From NCBI GenBank assembly GCA_002269645.1, contig NIVC01002353.1:62001-126000 (forward strand): a DNA stretch of 64,000 nucleotides, in the 5' to 3' direction. Positions 58,001-64,000 of this stretch are shown piece after piece; positions within the stretch are counted from its first letter, which is position 1; each line of letters starts with the position of its first letter. The stretch comes from Macrostomum lignano (Eukaryota). Made by a program: the position numbers and the translations under genes. The notes under the pieces were generated by a model, which saw only the letters and a list, made by a program, of their open reading frames with translations, made no database searches and was not told where the DNA came from.

Positions 58001-60158
58001 TGCTCACACTTGTCACCAAACATCCAGCGAAAATCTGGCTCAAGTTCTACAAGCCGGCTGACGGACTTATCAACTGTCTCAATAACAGGTTCACGCTTCT
58101 CTTTCTTAGGCTGATTTACTTGTGGGTCGTCTAACGGAGCTGGAATATCGACTTCGCTTATGGGCACCTTTTCAGGTTTTTCCGACTTTTCAGTTGGCTC
58201 ACAAACGACAGGCAGATGTTCCGGTGAAATAAATTCTTCTAAAACAGAATCACGATCGGAAAATACATGCTGCGAAAAATCTTTGTAACGAGGAGCTTGC
58301 ACATTAGGTTGAGATTTCGGTGTTAAATCTTCATTTTGTTCCGGGCTAGAATCTGACGACCCATCGCTGTTGTCTGGATCATTAGGTTCATCTGTCTTAC
58401 TGGGAGGCGCATGAACAGTGGTGTTTCCAGTAGGTGTTAAATCGTCCTCAATTTCTGGGTCCGAATCTTCAGAATCAGTAGGATCTTCGTTAGCATTGGG
58501 TGCCTCTACATCCTTGTGAGTGTTAGGTGGAAAACCCTCCTCAATTTCTGGATCCGATTCTTCAGAATCAGTAGGATCTTCGTTAGCATTGGGTGCCTCT
58601 ACATCCTTGTGAGCGTTTGTTGGAGAACCCTCCTCAATTCCTGGATCCGAATCTTCAGAATCAGTAGGATCTTCGTTAGCATTGGGTGCCTCTACATCCT
58701 TATGGGTGTTCGGTGGAAAACCCTCATCGATTTCCGGATCCGATTTTTTTGAACCAGTAGAACCTTTGCTTGCCTTTGGGGCATGCACATCTTTATCGGT
58801 GCTGGGCGTGAAACCTTCATCGATTTCTGGACTCGAAGAATCTGAATCAGATGGATCATTGCGACCACCATGGGGTGCTTGTACATCATGTTGAGGGTTA
58901 GGCTGCAGCTCTTCATCAACTACCGGATCTGATTCGTTGGACTCCGGCTTATGGTTACTCGCTGGCGGAGCATGAACAGGCGCCTGAGAACTAGGCGTCA
59001 TATTTTCGTCTATCTCTGATCCATCCGATAAAACAGGGTCCGGTTGCCAAACCTTGCTTGGAGGAGACTTTGCTTCTTGGCTTGTTTTTCGCTTGCTCGG
59101 AGATTCGCTAGAGGCCACAACCGAGCCCAAAAGTCCAGATGGAAAATCAGCCGTCTCAGTTGACTGGCTACGATGTTCGAATAAGTTTTCATCAGTTCCC
59201 ACATTCGCATTAGCATGAGGGACAGCTGGCTTTGGGAATGTTACCGGCTCGGTAGCTGTCGATTGAGTTCTGTGGGCATCACGGGCAGGCTCAGGTGGCT
59301 GCACATTGGAAGCAGACGACTCAGAGCCATGGCTACTAGACTTATCCTGTTGCAGCGTGCGAAGCAAATTCTGCAGCTCTGGCAGCTGACGCTCGATAGC
59401 GTCGAGACGAGCATTCTGTTTTTTCTTCGGAGATGGCTTTGGAGGCAATGGTGGCGGCACTTGGCTATTTTGCGAATCGCGCTCACGACTCTGTGCCCGC
59501 TCTGATCCTTTAGCTCGCTGCTTTTTATCTTTTTTTCTCTCTGCCTCATTGGCTTTCTCTTTACGTGCTTGACGAGCCTTTTTCCTTTCACTTTTTCCTT
59601 TCGGTTCTTGGCAGCTTCCTGCGCATTCTTTGCACCCGCAAGACTTTTAGCAGCAGCATCCTTAGCACCACTGCGCTGAAGACTTTGCTGACCCTCCTCG
59701 TTTCTCCCCTGCGCATCTAATCTTAAGACCGAGGCCTCTTGGCTATCACTCCGCTTCTGACCCTGCTCACCTTCCTCATTTCTCTCAGCCGAGTCATCTA
59801 CCTGTGCTTCTTTTCGCACAGTCCTGCGCTCTTTCTTAGTGCCATAGGTAGCAAAGAAATCTCCAGAATCTTCTTGTCCACCATTTGCCTCGGCTGATGC
59901 GCCACTGAGTGCTGCCTGTCTGTCAGAGGCAGCTTGAGACGACTGGTTTCTACTCAGCGATTGACTTGCAGCCTGCAACTGATTGCTCTCACGCGAGTAG
60001 CTTGCGGCCTGAGAAGACCGCTGATTGGAATTTTGTGAAGACTGTTGAAACGTTTGTTCCTGCCTAGAGGACGACTGATAATTGAAATTTGATGCCTCTG
60101 CTGAATAGTTATAGTTTTGGCTAGAATAGGCTGCACTTCTGCTTGCTGTTGACTGCAT
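55054..60158 (-). CDS. Large low-complexity S/Q/E/K/D/P-rich protein (~1250 aa once frameshifts are corrected), weakly KANK-like
   Basis: Three overlapping ORFs are joined by two -1 shifts (~59570-59670 and ~57765-57800). Donor AG|GTGAGT at 56660; phase-matched exons 55871-55668 and 55099-55054. Contains IERQLPELQNLLRTLQQDK and RSVGVN/RTVGLM/KSVGLQ motifs. The 5' end may lie further upstream. Confidence 0.55.
58440..58760 (-). repeat. Coding 93-bp (31-aa) acidic repeat, ~3.5 copies
   Basis: DPEIEEGFPPNTHKDVEAPNANEDPTDSEDS; ggatcttcgt occurs at 58481, 58574 and 58667. Confidence 0.9.
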
Positions 60159-62944
60159 GACTCATTGAACATGCATTGCACAAAGCAGCTAGGACAGTAG
60201 AATGCATAACGTGCAAAACAAATGTCTTTCTTAAAATAATTAAACATTAAGTCAATACAAAAACTTTCACAATTTAGCAATCTAAACAATCTAAATCTAA
60301 AATAGGATACCTCTTAATGGCATGTAATTTGAACATAATATTTAAATATCTTACTATATTAAATACAAAGTATCCTTTTTAAGACATTTCATTGGATGGG
60401 TCTTAGTTTACTTTATTCAGCCTAATCAAAGTTTTATTGAAATCAAATGGCTTTCATATTGACCTTCAAAATATACCTCTGCATTCTATTTTGGCAGTGC
60501 ATGCAGCAGATAGCAGGAGCAAATGCTGCACCATGGAGTTCTTTGCAACCAATTTGGGTAGCCTTGTGATCAATTTGGACAGGTATTTCACCAACTGTAC
60601 ATATAAGTCTACCCAAATTGATTGCAAGCCTGCTAGTAGGTGCTAAAACTTTCTCTATAACAGCAGTATAATATTATAGTTAAAAAGGCTTTTAAATCTT
60701 TGGAAAAATAGTATATACAAATTTTGGTAAAAATTATACTATAGTTATAAGATGCTATAACCATTTTAGCAAAAAGGATAAATATGGTAGTAATATAAAT
60801 AGATATATCTAAAAAAACAATTTTTATTATGGATACCAATGTTTAAATTGTTTGTTAAAGCTATTTTATATATAGGCTAAATTTCTATATACATAAGTTA
60901 GAAAAATGCACTCTAGGGAAATTGCACTTTTGCATATTTTTTACCATTAGTATCTTTCTAATTTCATGATAACAATAAAGTATAGATAAAAACTTTAATG
61001 AAAAAGTAGACAACAAATAGATAAATCAATTATAATTGCTTAAAGTTCAATTTTAACTAAATTATTTAGAATTTAAAATGTAATAGTATGCCAGGTATTC
61101 CAATGGTTAGGCCCTAGTTTAAAATCTCCTATTCTTAGCTTCTTCTAGTATAGACATAAAGCTATAATTAGACTTATGATAGGGTCATTAGATACTGATT
61201 GGCATAGTAAATATATACCAAACTATGATATAAAGCCAAGTAAATATATCAGTGATACTAATCTACAATAATATGGTAAATGCCTAATATCATTAATTTT
61301 TCTTATATCTAATGTCTACCTTTATGACTTTTTTGGATATATTGTTTGGTTAGTTTAGAAATAAAAATAGCTAGGGCTTAAAGAACTAGAAAGGTCTTCT
61401 AAAATAAAATCTCATCATATATGCCTGCTTGCTTTATTTTGAAAATAAAATGTAAAAGTAAAGCAAGGCCAAAAAGGCAAACAAAGAATTTTTTAGGCTT
61501 AAGTAGGCTAGGCCTAGTTAAAAAATATTCAATGATAAAAGTATAGACCTATAATTGGTAATATATTATAGCCAGCTAGACTCTTGTTTAACTAAAGATA
61601 TCATGCTACATTTGACTTATGATTTACTTGCTCTAACTTATAAGCTCAACTGCTTAGCCATGATAATGATGATAGTAGCAATACTCAAACAAAAGGGGTT
61701 CTGTCAATCTGACTCAATCAGTGAAATAAAAGTAAGGATTGGACCCATTGGATAAGATCTTAATCTGAATCTCAATCATCAAGATCTTAGCACTTTTTCA
61801 ATTTTGATCTTGGTTTTGAGATTTCAAAAAAGTAAAGATTTGTGATTATATGACTATTGAGTATTGATTGGTGACTAACTACAATATTATTAGGCCTATC
61901 ACATTTTTTATTTGATATACATCAAGTTACTAAAATCAAGTTAGCAAGCTCAATATTATTTAATAATTGTTTTCCTTCTATTATCATCATTGTACACATT
62001 TAACAAATAAGAATATTAGCATTGATAGATAGAATAGTGTAAAATCAAATAGGCCTACTAGATGCTTCGAGACATTACTTTGCCAAAAACGTCACATATC
62101 CCTCAAAGATCTATACTTTCGAGATAATCGAGATTTGATCGCGATTCGAGACTAAGCCTAATTAGCATCTAGGCCTATTTACACTATTTTATCTATCAAT
62201 GCTAATATTGTTCTTTGCTAAATGCGACGATTACAGAATTTTCATTTTTTACTACCAGTCAGTGAGTCAGTACAGTAGGCCCTATACTTTTACAGATCAA
62301 GTAGGCCTAAGTTTATTTAATTTTACTCTTAGAAGTACTAAGTTTTACTATACCCCATACATAAAATATATGCTTTATCCCCGACCCCAGGATATCTGCC
62401 TCCAGAAAAAACTCCTGTGCACACCGTTGGGTACTGGGCCTCAAGGATTACTGTCTGTCACTATACTCTATAGCTCTCTATACGGGCCGTATTTCTTGAA
62501 AAAAGAAATTTTAAATAAGGGGTTTTCTGAAAAGACCGTAGACCTCAAGTGTAACAAAAATTGTATTTATAACAAAGGCTTAACGACAGTATTATTCTTA
62601 CAACTTCGGAGTTAGTATCTGCTTTTGCTTTCACTTAAAATACATGTGTAACACACGTGACTTTTGTAATCAAAATCTTACTGAATGAGAACTCCATAGG
62701 TTATGTAAAAAGGGAATCAGTGCATCAGATCAGATATATCGTATGGAATTTGGCCGAAAATCAGTTAAACTTTATTTTAACTTTATATTTTCCAAGAGTC
62801 AGTAACATTTTTTTCCAACACCTCATAGAAATTGTCTTTATCAGAACTTTTCGACTTTAGATTTGAAAATCTATTTTCGAATATAAGGATTTTTTTGTCT
62901 CAAAGTTGCGAGAGGGCAGCTTACGAACAGGACGGAAGAGTACA

Positions 62945-63735
62945 TACATAGCTGGTCCGTGGTCCACTGGAAGTGTAGCTAGAATAAGTGGGATAGCTGC
63001 TGGAATAGTACGAACTGCTTCCGCACGATGGCAGACTCCATACATAGCTGGTCCGTGGTCCACTGGAAGTGTAGCTAGAATAAGTGGGATAGCTGCTGGA
63101 ATAGTACGAACTGCTTCCGCACGATGGCAGACTCCATACGTAGCTGGTCCGTGGTCCACTGGAAGTGTAGCTAGAATAAGTGGGATAGCTGCTGGAATAG
63201 TATGAACTGCTTCCGCACGATGGCAGACTCCATACGTAGCTGGTCCGCGGTCCACTGGAAGTGTAGCTAGAATAAGTGGGATAGCTGCTGGAATAGTATG
63301 AACTGCTTCCGCACGATGGCAGACTCCATACGTAGCTGGTCCGTGGTCCACTGGAAGTGTAGCTAGAATAAGTGGGATAGCTGCTGGAATAGTATGAACT
63401 GCTTCCGCACGATGGCAGACTCCATACGTAGCTGGTCCGCGGTCCACTGGAAGTGTAGCTAGAATAAGTGGGATAGCTGCTGGAATAGTATGAACTGCTT
63501 CCGCACGATGGCAGACTCCATACGTAGCTGGTCCGTGGTCCACTGGAAGTGTAGCTAGAATAAGTGGGATAGCTGCTGGAATAGTACGAACTGCTTCCGC
63601 ACGATGGCAGACTCCATACGTAGCTGGTCCGTGGTCCACTGGAAGTGTAGCTAGAATAAGTGGGATAGCTGCTGGAATAGTATGAACTGCTTCCGCACGA
63701 TGGCAGACTCCATACGTAGCTGGTCCGCGGTCCAC
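62945..63735. repeat. 96-bp tandem repeat (~8 copies)
   Basis: Unit catacgtagctggtccgtggtccactggaagtgtagctagaataagtggg...; the 32-aa periodicity of the overlying ORF matches 96 bp. Confidence 0.96.
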
Positions 63736-63739
63736 TTGA

Positions 63740-64000
63740 ATAGCTAGGGTAGTAGCTAGAATAGCGAGAGTAGTAGCTAGAGTAACTAGGGTAGTAGCTA
63801 GAATAGCGAGAGTAGTAGCTAGAATAGCGAGAATAGCTGGGGTAGTAGCTAGAATAGCGAGAATAGCTTGGGTAGTAGCTGGAATAGCGAGAATAGCTGG
63901 GGTAGTAGCTGGAATAGCGAGAATAGCTGGGGTAGTAGCTGGAATAGCGAGAATAGCTGGGATAGTAGCTGGAATAGCGAGAATAGCTTGGGTAGTAGCT
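63740..64000. repeat. 30-bp tandem repeat running off the right edge
   Basis: Unit ggggtagtagctggaatagcgagaatagct; shares agctagaata words with the adjacent 96-bp unit. Confidence 0.93.

Noticed and set aside
57760-59670. Programmed ribosomal frameshifting in the large low-complexity gene
   Set aside because: No canonical X XXY YYZ slippery site with a downstream structure was evident; two single-base deletions near A-runs are more simply explained as consensus errors or decay.
60300-62900. AT-rich tract with scattered TAGGCCTA palindromes and short ORFs
   Set aside because: No coding or terminal-repeat signature; treated as ordinary intronic or intergenic DNA.
51025-63735. CRISPR-like interpretation of the 39-bp and 96-bp arrays (and the 38-bp array at 35.1 kb)
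   Set aside because: The units are head-to-tail with no unique spacers, there are no cas genes, and the context is eukaryotic.

Overview
This is a repeat-rich eukaryotic (animal) genomic window with GC-rich exons, GT-AG introns filled with minisatellites and many decayed transposons. The style suggests a free-living flatworm such as Macrostomum, but that is inference only. The main discovery is a 7-exon minus-strand gene (13906->4679) that splices in frame, through canonical sites, into a 920-aa protein. It fuses a complete bacterial-type HypX/HoxX module (formyltransferase plus crotonase-like domains; the enzyme that makes the CO ligand of O2-tolerant [NiFe]-hydrogenases from N10-formyl-THF) to a complete FolD/MTHFD module, which makes N10-formyl-THF. 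It is therefore a candidate self-supplying, heme-independent CO or formyl-CoA synthase in an animal. About 30 kb away is a second bacterial-type gene with introns: a 5-exon, 656-aa Orn/Lys/Arg decarboxylase. Other genes are an intronless DEG/ENaC channel with non-canonical gate and filter motifs, an ankyrin protein with a possible death fold, a triplicated unrecognised gene family, and a large low-complexity KANK-like gene with two -1 frameshifts. Mobile DNA comprises nested Ty3/Gypsy elements, a Ngaro/DIRS tyrosine-recombinase retroelement, a Crypton-like remnant, RTE-like and R1/LOA-like LINEs, two tRNA-derived SINEs, MITEs, a Penelope-type minimal hammerhead ribozyme and about 20 tandem-repeat arrays. 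All calls come from manual reading of the sequence; no database searches were run.
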